Origin: an uncultured delta proteobacterium
GTDB lineage: Bacteria > Myxococcota_A > Polyangia > Polyangiales > B10-G4
NCBI GenBank assembly: GCA_963727445.1
Contig: CAVSGI010000020.1
Coordinates: 512,001-576,000 of the forward strand
DNA: 64,000 nucleotides
Direction of reading: 5' to 3'
Positions 42,220 to 52,018 of the stretch are shown here, one piece after another; position 1 is the stretch's first letter; each line of letters starts with the position of its first letter. A program made the translations under genes and the position numbers. Under the pieces are notes generated by a model. That model searched no databases. It worked only from the letters and a program-made list of their open reading frames with translations, and was not told where the DNA came from.

Positions 42220-43493
42220 GCCTCTCTCTCGCGCGGACCGCGGAGGTCCACGGAAACGAGCCCGCGCTGATCTTCGACGAGGGCACGCTCCGCTGGGCGG
42301 AGCTCTTCGCGCGCACGGCCGAGGTGCCGCGCTTTGGCGATCGCGCCGTCCTCCTGGCGCGACGGGACGTCGAGACGATGGTGCGGATCTACGCGGCCAT
42401 CGAGCAAGGCGCGCCGCTGGTGCTGCTGTCGCCGCGGGCGAGCGGGGCGGAGCGGCGGGCGCAGCTGCAGAGCCTCGAGGGGATCGCGTTGGGCGAGCCC
42501 CCGCCCCTCGCGTGCATATTCACCTCCGGAAGCACAGGCAGGCCCCGGGCGGCTCGGCTCAGTCGTCAGGCGTTCGCGGCATCGGCGGAGGCGAGCCACG
42601 AGGGGATCCCCCTGGGGCCGGGCGCGCGCTGGCTCGCCAGCATGCCGCTCTCACACGTGGGCGGTCTGTCGATACTGACCCGGGCTCTTCACGCCGGCTC
42701 CGCGGTGGTGGTCGCCCCCGAGGGAAGATGGGACGCGCGCGCGATGCTGGCGCGGATGCGGATGCACGGCGTGACGCACGCGTCGGTGGTTCCCACGATG
42801 CTCGCGCGCGTGCTCGACGCGCAGCTCGAGCCGCCAAAGACCCTGTCGACGCTCCTGGTGGGCGGCGCGGCGTGTCCGGTGCCGCTCGCGCTCAGGGCGC
42901 GCGAAGCGGGCTGGCCGATACGGCAGACCTACGGGCTCACCGAAGCCTGCTCGCAGGTCGCGACGCGCGCCGATGGGGACACGGACGATGCGCCGGGACG
43001 GATCGGGCCTCCGCTCCCTCGCCTCGAGGTGAGGGTGGTCGAGGGGCGGATCCAGATTCGTGGCCCGATGCTCTTCGACGGGTATGCGGGGACGGATGGG
43101 GCGGGGAGCCTCACGGAAGACGGGTTCTTCGTGACGGGCGACGTGGGGCGTCTCGACGCGGACGGGGTGCTCTTCGTCGAGGGGCGCGCCGACGACATGA
43201 TCGTCACGGGGGCAGAGAACGTGCACCCGGCCTCGGTGGAAGCGGTGCTCGCCTCGCATCCGGCGGTGCGCGCGTGCTGTGTGTTCGGGGTCCCGGATCG
43301 CGAGTGGGGCCAGGCGGTGGCGGCTGCGGTGGTCGGCGACGTGAGCGAGGGGGAGCTCGATGCCTTCGTCGCCGAGCGCGCCTCTCCCCAGGCACGACCG
43401 CGGCGCTACTTCTTCGTCGACGCGCTCCCCGAGACCGCGAGCGGGAAAGTGGATCGCGCGCGCGTGCGCCGGGTTTGCCTCGACCGGCCTTGA
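42216..43493 (+). CDS. menE: o-succinylbenzoate-CoA ligase
   Basis: IFTSGSTGRP, PLSHVGG, TYGLTE..SQ, TGD.G, GR.DDMIVTG.ENVHP, SGKVDR. Confidence 0.9.
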   Translation: MSLSLARTAEVHGNEPALIFDEGTLRWAELFARTAEVPRFGDRAVLLARRDVETMVRIYAAIEQGAPLVLLSPRASGAERRAQLQSLEGIALGEPPPLACIFTSGSTGRPRAARLSRQAFAASAEASHEGIPLGPGARWLASMPLSHVGGLSILTRALHAGSAVVVAPEGRWDARAMLARMRMHGVTHASVVPTMLARVLDAQLEPPKTLSTLLVGGAACPVPLALRAREAGWPIRQTYGLTEACSQVATRADGDTDDAPGRIGPPLPRLEVRVVEGRIQIRGPMLFDGYAGTDGAGSLTEDGFFVTGDVGRLDADGVLFVEGRADDMIVTGAENVHPASVEAVLASHPAVRACCVFGVPDREWGQAVAAAVVGDVSEGELDAFVAERASPQARPRRYFFVDALPETASGKVDRARVRRVCLDRP

Positions 43494-43515
43494 GGGAGGC
43501 GAGGGGGGCTCACCG

Positions 43516-44553
43516 CTACGGCGAAGCCAGGTTCCAGTCGCTCTCGAAGGCCGCGGAGAGCGGTGCGACCGTCGCCTCGTTCGTCACCACCACGCCCACT
43601 TCGCGATTGGCTTCGAGGCTCGTCCAGCTGAGGTTCTCGGAGCCGACGAATGCTGCGCCGTCGGCGACGATGAGCTTGGCGTGATTGTCGAGGGTGGTGA
43701 GGAAGCGAACGTCGACGCCCAGCGCGCGCAGCGCCTCGGCGGACTGGGTGTTGGAGTCGATCCACGCGGGGTCGGCCAGGATCACCCGGACGGAGACGCC
43801 CGCCATGGCGCGCGAGCCGATCGCATGGCGCGCCTCCTCGTCGCTCAGGCTCAGGTGCTGAACCAGGAGCTCGGACTCGGCGGATGCGATGAGGCGCAGG
43901 ATGCGGGAGCGCGAGTTGTTCGGGCTGAGAACCAGGCGGGTGCAGGCGGCGGCGCTCGGGTCTCCGTCGCGCCCTTCGTAGTCGTGGTCGAAGACGTCGA
44001 TGAGGTCGGCGACGTCGAAGGGGTCGTCGAATCGCACCCCGTGGTTGCGTTCGGTCTGCATCGAGTAGGTGTTGAGGTTGGCGCTCATCACCACGGCTTG
44101 CATCTCGTCCACCACCACGAACTTCGGGTGGTAGTAGGTGAAGGCGTCGGGGCCGTCGCGAACGTCGATGCCGGCGCCGCGGAGCTCAGCGGCGGAGGCG
44201 GTGTTGGCGGTCCGCTCCTCGTCGATCAGGATGCGGACGTCGACGCCGCGCTCGTGTGCGCGGAGGAGGGCGTCGACGAGCGCCGGCGCGTCGAGCTCGT
44301 AGGTGGCGACGCGGAGGCTGTTGGTCGCGCCGTCGAAGAGGGTGACCAGGCGATCCGAGAGGCCGGTGGGGCCGATGAAGGCTTCGGGTGCGTTCGCGCG
44401 CGGGTCGCGCTCCGCGCACGGCTCCATCACGGCGGCGTCGGCGCCTGCGTCCGCGGCGTCGACTGACGCGTCGGAGGCGGCATCGGGGAGCCGGCAATCG
44501 CTGCCACCACATGCGGCGAGGAGGGCGATGAAGAGGAGGGACCACCGGAGCAT
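43516..44553 (-). CDS. phospholipase D-like lipoprotein (two HKD motifs)
   Basis: Lipobox LAAC; YHPKFVVVD..SAN and NHAKLIVAD..GSENL..NRE. Confidence 0.85.
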   Translation of the reverse strand: MLRWSLLFIALLAACGGSDCRLPDAASDASVDAADAGADAAVMEPCAERDPRANAPEAFIGPTGLSDRLVTLFDGATNSLRVATYELDAPALVDALLRAHERGVDVRILIDEERTANTASAAELRGAGIDVRDGPDAFTYYHPKFVVVDEMQAVVMSANLNTYSMQTERNHGVRFDDPFDVADLIDVFDHDYEGRDGDPSAAACTRLVLSPNNSRSRILRLIASAESELLVQHLSLSDEEARHAIGSRAMAGVSVRVILADPAWIDSNTQSAEALRALGVDVRFLTTLDNHAKLIVADGAAFVGSENLSWTSLEANREVGVVVTNEATVAPLSAAFESDWNLASP

Positions 44554-44688
44554 CGCGGAGGCTTAACACGCAGGGGGCGCGAAAGCCGCTGGGGCTTAGA
44601 TGAGCGCGGGGAAGGGCAAAAGTTGAAAAGTGCAGACCGTCCCCGAGGTGAAAAACTAAATGGTTTTGGGGGGAATGCAGATTGGCTA

Positions 44689-44722
44689 TTGACTGAGTAC
44701 TCACTTGGTGAGTATGTACTCA
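44689..44722 (+). promoter_or_regulatory. promoter overlapped by twin palindromes (probable TetR operator)
   Basis: TTGACT (44689-94); TGAGTACTCA (44694-703) and TGAGTA-TG-TACTCA (44709-722) immediately before tetR. Confidence 0.7.
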
Positions 44723-44726
44723 GCGA

Positions 44727-45368
44727 ATGGGTGAGTCGGTGCGCATGACGAGGGAGGAGCAGGCGGCGGCGTCGCGGAAGGCGATCATGGACGCGGCGCT
44801 GCTGCTCTTCGCGGAGCACGGCTTCGCGGGGACCTCGACTCGGCGTATCGCCGAGAAGGCGGAGGTCTCCGAAGGCCTCATCTTCCATCACTTCCCGACG
44901 AAGCAGGATCTGCTGAAGAGCATCGTCGAGGGGCGGCGGACGATGCCGGCGCTCGTGCAGTCGCTCCTTCGCGACAACCCCGACATGCCGATACGGGACT
45001 TCCTCCGGACGGTCAGGCAGGGCTTCGTGACCGCTCTGCGCCCGGAGCAGCCGGAGTCACGGCTCTTCCGCGTGATGCTCGGCGAAGCGCATCGCAACGC
45101 CGAGCTCTACGCCTTCGCGCAGGGCATCCAGCTGATGCTCCTCGAGACGCTGCGGACGTACCTCGAGGGACGCATGCGCGCCGGCGAGCTTCGCGCGGAC
45201 CTCGAGCCCATCAGCGCCGGTCGCACGCTCTTCGGTGGGTTCGTGCTCTTTTTTCTGCTCAATCACCGCCTCGACCCCGAGGACTGGGACGAGCAGGCGA
45301 CCGCGCATGCGCGCGGCGTCACCGACCTTTGGCTTCGAGGCGTGATCGCATCGACGGAGGACAGATGA
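44727..45368 (+). CDS. TetR/AcrR family transcriptional regulator
   Basis: IMDAALLLFAEHGFAGTSTRRIAEKAEVSEGLIFHHFPTKQDL. Confidence 0.93.
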   Translation: MGESVRMTREEQAAASRKAIMDAALLLFAEHGFAGTSTRRIAEKAEVSEGLIFHHFPTKQDLLKSIVEGRRTMPALVQSLLRDNPDMPIRDFLRTVRQGFVTALRPEQPESRLFRVMLGEAHRNAELYAFAQGIQLMLLETLRTYLEGRMRAGELRADLEPISAGRTLFGGFVLFFLLNHRLDPEDWDEQATAHARGVTDLWLRGVIASTEDR

Positions 45369-46402
45369 AGAAAGTCGTCGTCGTTTTGGTGGTGGTAACG
45401 GTCGCGCTCACCGCGACCATCGCGTGGAAAATCCGCGCGCAAGAACAAGAGGAGACGGGTCCCCCCACCGGATCAGGCGTGGTCGAGGGCGAAGCGGCCG
45501 ACGTCTCCTCCCGACTCTCGGCGCGCATCGCCGAGATCGCCGTGACCGAAGGGGACACGGTGGAGGCTGGGGCGGTGTTGATGATCCTCGATTGTGCCGA
45601 GCCCGAAGCGCGCCTCGCCGAGGCCGAAGCGCGCCTCGCGGCCGCCCGCGCACAGGCCCAGGGCGCCGGCGCGCAAGCCACGGCGGCGGTCAATCAGAGC
45701 CAGGCTGCGCGCCTGTCGATCGGCGCCTCGGGCGCCAACATCGCTGCCCTCGAGGCCCAGACGGCGATCGCCGAGCGCGAGGCGCACCGCATCGAGGCCA
45801 TGGGCACCCACGCCTCGGTCTCCCAGCGCGATCAGGCGCGCACCACCGCCACCCGCCTCGAAGCAGAGGCGCGCGCGGCCCGCGCGACCCGCACCGCGAC
45901 CGCACGGCAGGCCCGCGCCGCGCGGGCGTCGGCCACCGCAGCCGAGGCGCAAGCGGAGTCCGCCACGCAGCAGATCCTCGCCATCGAGGCCATCGTGCGC
46001 GCAGCGCAGATCACTGTCGCGGAGTGCCGGATCCTGTCGCCCCGCGCCGGCGTCGTGGAGCGCGTCTACTACGAGCCGGGCGAGCTGGTGATGCCTGGCT
46101 CGGTCGTGGCGCGCGTCGTGGATCCCTCCTTCGTGCGAGCGACCTTCTACCTGGCCAATCAGGATGTGGACGAGGCATCGGTAGGCGCGGGAGCGAAGGT
46201 GGTCGCCGATGCCTATCCCGACCGCACCTTCGACGCGACCATCCGCCGCATCGGGCTCGAGGCGGAGTTCACGCCCCGTAACATCCAGACGCGGACCGAT
46301 CGCGACCGCCTGGTCTTCCCGGTGGAGGTGCGCATCCCCAACCCGGACGGGCTCCTTCGATCCGGCATGCCGGTCACCGTCACCCTCGGGGGCTCGTCGT
46401 GA
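45365..46402 (+). CDS. HlyD-family membrane fusion protein (YbhG-like)
   Basis: N-terminal TM, SGVVE, V.EGD.V.AG, coiled coil, AEFTPRNIQT..R.RLVF.V, L.SGMP. Confidence 0.9.
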   Translation: MKKVVVVLVVVTVALTATIAWKIRAQEQEETGPPTGSGVVEGEAADVSSRLSARIAEIAVTEGDTVEAGAVLMILDCAEPEARLAEAEARLAAARAQAQGAGAQATAAVNQSQAARLSIGASGANIAALEAQTAIAEREAHRIEAMGTHASVSQRDQARTTATRLEAEARAARATRTATARQARAARASATAAEAQAESATQQILAIEAIVRAAQITVAECRILSPRAGVVERVYYEPGELVMPGSVVARVVDPSFVRATFYLANQDVDEASVGAGAKVVADAYPDRTFDATIRRIGLEAEFTPRNIQTRTDRDRLVFPVEVRIPNPDGLLRSGMPVTVTLGGSS

Positions 46403-47310
46403 GCGCCATCGAGATCGCCGATCTGCATCGGAGCTTCGGCGACGTGAAGGCGGTCCGTGGCGTCTCGATCACCGTCGAGGCAGGCGAGCTCTACGGGCTG
46501 GTCGGCCCCGACGGCGCGGGCAAGACCACCACCATCGGCATGCCTCGCGGGCCTGCTCGCGCCGGACTCGGGCACCGCACGCGTCCTGGGCGAGGATCCC
46601 CTCGGCAGGAAGAGCCACGCCCGCGAGCACCTCGGCCTGATGCCCCAGGAGTACAGCCTCTACGGCGACCTCTCGATCGCCGAGAACCTCTGGTTCTTCA
46701 GCCGGCTCTTCGGCCTCTCGCAAGGCGGTGTTCCACGAGCGCCGCGAGCGCCTGCTCTCGATCACCCGCCTCGCGCGATTCGTCGACCGCCGCGCCGACG
46801 CGCTGAGCGGCGGCATGTACAAGAAGCTCGCGCTCGCCTGCGCGCTCCTGCACCAGCCGGAGGTGCTGCTCCTCGACGAGCCGACCAACGGCGTCGACCC
46901 GGTGAGCCGGCGCGAGCTCTGGGCGCTCATCTACGACTTCGTGCGCGACGGGATGGCGGTGCTTGTTGACGACGCCGTACATGGACGAGGCCGCGCGCTG
47001 CCACCGCGTCGGGCCTGATGCACGAAGGGCCAGATCGTCGAGCAGGGGGCGCCGGGGGACCTCACGGACCGCCTCGAGCACGAGGTGCTCGAGGTCGTCG
47101 GCGGGGATCGCGAGGCGCTTCACACGCTCCTCGAGCGGTGCTGACACGTGATCGTCGGCGTCGCCCGCCGGCGCGCGCATCCGCGTCGTTGTCTCGCCTG
47201 GGCGCGCGAGCGGACCTCGAGCGCGAGGTCCGAGCAAAAGGTGCGACCGCGCGGCGCGTTCCGCCAGACTTCGAGGACCTCTTCCTGGCGCGGGTGCGGA
47301 GCCGGCATGA
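46399..47310 (+). CDS. ABC transporter ATP-binding protein (multiple frameshifts)
   Basis: GPDGAGKTT, LSGGMYKKLALACAL, LLLDEPTNGVDP, TTPYMDEA and FEDLFL, distributed over successive frames. Confidence 0.8.
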
Positions 47311-48252
47311 GCGAGCACGTCATCGAGGTCGCAGGCTCTCGGCAAGAAGTTCGGCTCCTTCGTGGCCGTGGACGACGTCTCCTTCCACGTCGAGAAGGGC
47401 GAGATCTTCGGCTACCTCGGCGCGAACGGCGCGGGCAAGTCCACCACCATCCGCATGCTCTGCGGCCTCCTCCCTCCGACGCGACGGCGACGCGGTGGTC
47501 GCCGGACATCGACGTCAGCGCGCGAGCCCATCGAGGTGAAGCGCTCCATCGGCTACATGTCGCAGAAGTTCAGCCTCTACCTGGACCTGACGGCCGAGCA
47601 GAACCTCGAGTTCTTCGGCGGCATCTACGGCTTGCCGGGGCGCGAGCTGACTCAGCGCCATCGAGGCCTCCATCGAGCGAACGGGTCTGGGCGAGCATCG
47701 AAAGGCGCTGACCGGATCGCTGCCAGGCGGTATCCGCCAGCGCCTCGCGCTCGCCTGCGCCCTCATCCACTCGCCAGAGATCGTCTTCCTCGACGAGCCC
47801 ACCGCCGGCGTGGACCCTGCCTCGCGGCGCGACTTCTGGCGCCTCATCCGCGAGCTCGTCGAACGCGGGCACCACGGTCTTCGTGACCACGCACTACATG
47901 GACGAGGCCGAGTACTGCGCGCGGATCGGGCTGATGGTCGACGGAGCGCTGGTCGCCCTCGACACCCCGAGCGCGCTCAAGAACGCAGTACGTCCCCGGC
48001 GTCACCCTCGCCGTCTCGGGCAAGAACCTGAGCGGGGCGATCCGAGGCGCTTGCGAGCTTCCGGGCGTTCTCGCCGCCGAGCCCTTCGGCGCGCGGGTCC
48101 ACGTCCGCTTCGAGGAGGGTCGCGAAGACCCGGAGGCGCTTCGCGCGCTCTTCTCGAAAGAGGCGCAGGGTGGATCGCATCGAGAAGGTCGACGCCTCCC
48201 TCGAGGACGTCTTCCTCGCCGTGGTCGCGTCGAGAGCGAGGAGGCGCGCTGA
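47307..48252 (+). CDS. ABC transporter ATP-binding protein (multiple frameshifts)
   Basis: [42 protein letters not shown] and SLEDVFL, across frames. Confidence 0.8.
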
Positions 48253-49370
48253 TGCCGTTCCTCACCCGCGTCCTTGCGCTCGCTGCCAAGGAGGTCCGCC
48301 ACGTGATTCGGGACCCGCGCTCGCTCTACCTCGCGCTCGGGCATGCCGGTGGTGATGATTCTGCTCTTCGGCTTCGGGGTGAGCTTCGACCTCGACAACC
48401 TGCGGGTCGCGTTCGTCGACCGCGACGAGTCGGCGACGAGCCGGACCTTTCGCCAGCGCTTCACCGGCAGCCGCGACCTCGAGGACGCAGGGCTCATCGC
48501 CGAACAGGATGCGGAGCGCGCGCTCGTCTCGGGGGACGTGAAGGGCGTGGTGGTGATCGACGAGGGCTTCGAGCGAGCGCTGAGGCGTGGCGACGCCGTG
48601 AAGCTGCAGCTGCTCCTCGACGGCTCCGACAACAACACCGCGACCCAGACCCGCGCGCAAGGCCGAAGCGGCCGCACAGGTGATCGGCATGCAGCTCGCC
48701 ACCCGCGGTCATCGACGCCCATCCACCGATCGAAGCGCGCGTCTTCACCCGCTTCAATCCGGAGAACAGGAGCGCGGTCTTTCTGGTGCCCGGCATCGCC
48801 GCCTTCGTGCTGGCCATCGTCGCCGTGATGCTCACCGCGCTCACCGTCGCCCGCGAGTGGGAGCGCGGCTCGATGGCTCAGCTCTTCGCGACGCCGGTGG
48901 GCCGGCTCGAGATCGTGCTCGGCAAGCTCTCGCCCTACGTCGCCCTGGGCCTCTTGGCGGTGCTCCTGGTCATCGCCGTCGGCCTCTGGGTGTTCGACGT
49001 TCCCTTCCGCGGATCGGCGCCCACCCTGATGCTGCTCTCACTCCTCTTTCTGATCGGGATGCTCGGGCAGGGGCTGTTGATCAGCGTGGTCACGCGCAAC
49101 CAGATGGTCGCGACCCAGGCCGCGGCCATGAGCTCCATGCTCCCGTCGATCCTGCTGAGCGGCTTCGTCTTCCCCATCGAGAACATGCCGCGGATCCTGC
49201 AGGTGATCACGGTCATCATCCCGGCGCGCTACTACGTCGATGGGCTCCGCGGCGTGCTCCTCCGCGGCAACGGTATCGGCGAGCTGTGGCTGCAGGCACT
49301 CGCGCTCGCCATCTTCTCGACCGTCATGGTGGTCGCTTCCACCGCCCGCTTCCGGAGGACCATCGCATGA
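48252..49370 (+). CDS. ABC-2 permease (YbhS-like; frameshifts near 48340 and 48660-48720)
   Basis: KEVRHVIRDPRSL, LLFGFGVSFD, DGSD, PGI, AREWERGS, LLSGFVFPIENMP. Confidence 0.85.
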
Positions 49371-50515
49371 GCCGTCACCTCGCGATGCTGAGCTCCATCG
49401 TGAAGAAGGAGATCCGTCAGACGGTGCGCGATCGTCGGATGATGGTGCTGCTGATCGTCGTGCCCGCGATCCAGCTCTTCGTCTTCGGAAGTGCGGTCAA
49501 CCTCGACGTGGACGACGTGCCCACCGTGGTGGTGGACTACGACGACACCGCGCTCAGCCGCGACAACCTCCGGCGCATCCTCGCTGACGGAACCCTGCAC
49601 GACGTTCGGCACACGCAGAGTATCGAGGACGCCCAGCGAATGCTGGAGACGGGTGAGGCGGCCGTGGTGCTCGTGATCCCGAAGGGCTTCGAGGAGGATA
49701 TCCATCGCGGCAGCGAGGCCACCGTCCAGGCGCTCCTCGACGGAAGCGACCCCAACCGCGCCAACGTCGCCGCCGGCGCCATCCGCGCGTACTTCCAACA
49801 GGAGGGCGAGGCGCTGGTGCGTTCCCGGCTCTCCCAGCGCGCCCACGCTCAGGGCGTGGCCTTGCGCTTCTCCTCCGTCACCACCGAGTCCCGTGTCCTC
49901 TTCAATCCGGAGCTGAAGACGGCGATCTACATGGTGCCGGGTGTCGCGGCGATGCTGCTCCTCATGATCACGACGGTCGTGTCCTCCATGGGCCTGGCTC
50001 GTGAGCGCGAGGTGGGGACCCTCGAACAGATCCTGGTCACGCCGGTGAGCAGCGGCATCTTCATCGCCGGCAAGATGCTCCCCTTCGCGGTCGTGGGTCT
50101 GCTCGACTTCGGTCTCGCCTTGATCGTCGGGAGCACCATCTTCGACATGCCGCTCCGAGGGCACATGTCGCTGGTGGTCCTCGGGACGTGTCTCTACCTC
50201 ACGACCACGCTCGGCATCGGCCTGTTGATCTCGACCCTCAGCCGCAGCCAACAGCAGGCCTTCCTGGGCGGCTTCCTCTTCATGATGCCGGCCGCACTGC
50301 TCAGCGGGATCATGACTCCGATCGAGTCGATGCCACACGCCCTTCAGGTGGTCACGCTCATCAATCCCCTCCGGCACTACGCCGAGATCCTCCGCGGCTC
50401 ACTGCTGCGTGGCGCTGGCTACGGCGACCTCTACCCGCAGCTCCTCGCCCTGTTGGTGATGGGGCTCTCCGTCTTCGGCTTCGCTGCCGCCCGTTTCCGT
50501 TCCTCGATGAGGTGA
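49367..50515 (+). CDS. ABC-2 permease (YbhR-like)
   Basis: KEIRQTVRD, FNPEL, AREREVGTLEQILVTP, LLSG..TPIESMP. Confidence 0.9.
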   Translation: MSRHLAMLSSIVKKEIRQTVRDRRMMVLLIVVPAIQLFVFGSAVNLDVDDVPTVVVDYDDTALSRDNLRRILADGTLHDVRHTQSIEDAQRMLETGEAAVVLVIPKGFEEDIHRGSEATVQALLDGSDPNRANVAAGAIRAYFQQEGEALVRSRLSQRAHAQGVALRFSSVTTESRVLFNPELKTAIYMVPGVAAMLLLMITTVVSSMGLAREREVGTLEQILVTPVSSGIFIAGKMLPFAVVGLLDFGLALIVGSTIFDMPLRGHMSLVVLGTCLYLTTTLGIGLLISTLSRSQQQAFLGGFLFMMPAALLSGIMTPIESMPHALQVVTLINPLRHYAEILRGSLLRGAGYGDLYPQLLALLVMGLSVFGFAAARFRSSMR

Positions 50516-50518
50516 AGG

Positions 50519-52018
50519 ATGACCGCGTACGAGAGATTGTCGCTCCTCCTCTTCTTTTCGCTCCTGCCGCTGCCGCAGGTCGCCCGCGCCCAGGAGGCCA
50601 CGCCCGAAACGGCGGCCGCGCCCGAAGCGTTTCCCGAGGTCGAAGCGCCTCCGAGCGACTTCGATCTGGTGGCGGTCCTCGCCGAGGGTCCCGCCCTGAG
50701 CGAGAGCGAGGCGGTCGAGCGGGCCCTGTCGACCTCGCCCGATCTGGACCGCGCGCGGGCGCTCGCCGACGCGGCGCAGGCCAGCGTCAGTCAGGCGCGC
50801 GCGAACATGCTCCCGCGCCTCGACCTGTCCGCGAACTACGTGCACGTCGACGGCTTCACCAACGGCTCGATTCAGGTGCCGGTATCACCCGACGCGATCG
50901 CGGCTCAGCGCGAGCTCGCCGCGATGGTCAGCGACCCCGCTGCCCAGGCGCTCTGGAACGCGCAGATCGCCGCGAGCGAGAGCAACACCGGCTTCAGCAT
51001 CTCGGTGCCCCGCAATCGCTACAACCTGGGGGCGCGGCTCAGCTGGCCTGTCAGTGACTTCTTCTTTGCGGTGATGCCGATGGTCGACGCCGCGGAGTAC
51101 GGCGCGACGGCGCGACAGCACGAAGAGGAGGCGGCCGAAGCGGGAGTGCGGCGCAGCGCGCGCGAAGCGTATTTGTCGCTGGTGCGCGCGCGAGGCGCGG
51201 CGGGGGTGGCGCGCGAAGCCCGTCGTCAGGCAGAGGCCCGCGTCGAAGAAGTGGTGTCCGCCGTTCGGGCGGGCTTTCTGACCACCGCCGACGAGCTGGA
51301 GGCAAACGCGCGGCTGGCCGAGGCTGATCAGGCGGTCGCGGCGGCGGAGGCCGGAGTGGAGATCGCCGACGCAGCGCTTCGCACGCTGATCGGCGCCGAG
51401 GACGGAGAGGTCTTCGGCGTGAGCTTCGAGGATCGCACGCCCGTGAACGTCGACTACGAGGAAGCGATCCGGAACCGCGCCGAGATCCGCGCGCTTCGAG
51501 CGCGCCTCGAGTCTCAGCGCTCCGCTTCGTCGGCGAGCGACGCATCGGGCTACCCGCACCTCGCGGTCTACGCGGGCGCCGACTACGGCAATCCCAACCG
51601 GTACCAGGTGCCGCCGACCGCGACCTGGACACCGAGCTGGGAGGTGGGGGCGAGCCTCACCTGGTCGCCGAACGACACCCTCGTCGCCGCGCATCGGGGC
51701 GACCAGCTGAGCGCCGAACAGCAGGCGACCGAGTCGCAGATCCAGAACGTCGAGCGGATGATCCGTCTCGAGCTCCGCCGTGCCGATGCGGAGCGGCGCG
51801 CCTCCGAGCGCGCCATCGAGGCCGCCGAAGCCTCGCTGGGCGCGGCCGAGGCCGCCTACGAGAGCCGACTCGCGCAGCTCCGCGTCGGCAACACCACCAC
51901 CGTCGCCGTCTTCGATGCGCAGCGCCAGCTCGACCGTGCCCGCCTCTCCCTGTTGGACGCGCGCGTCCAGCGCGCGCTGGCGAACGTGCACCTCGCCTAC
52001 GCCGCCGGCGTGCTTTGA
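50519..52018 (+). CDS. TolC-family outer membrane efflux protein
   Basis: Signal peptide; AVERAL..SPDL, LPRLDLSANY and two OEP-like repeats; ends the efflux operon. Confidence 0.85.
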   Translation: MTAYERLSLLLFFSLLPLPQVARAQEATPETAAAPEAFPEVEAPPSDFDLVAVLAEGPALSESEAVERALSTSPDLDRARALADAAQASVSQARANMLPRLDLSANYVHVDGFTNGSIQVPVSPDAIAAQRELAAMVSDPAAQALWNAQIAASESNTGFSISVPRNRYNLGARLSWPVSDFFFAVMPMVDAAEYGATARQHEEEAAEAGVRRSAREAYLSLVRARGAAGVAREARRQAEARVEEVVSAVRAGFLTTADELEANARLAEADQAVAAAEAGVEIADAALRTLIGAEDGEVFGVSFEDRTPVNVDYEEAIRNRAEIRALRARLESQRSASSASDASGYPHLAVYAGADYGNPNRYQVPPTATWTPSWEVGASLTWSPNDTLVAAHRGDQLSAEQQATESQIQNVERMIRLELRRADAERRASERAIEAAEASLGAAEAAYESRLAQLRVGNTTTVAVFDAQRQLDRARLSLLDARVQRALANVHLAYAAGVL

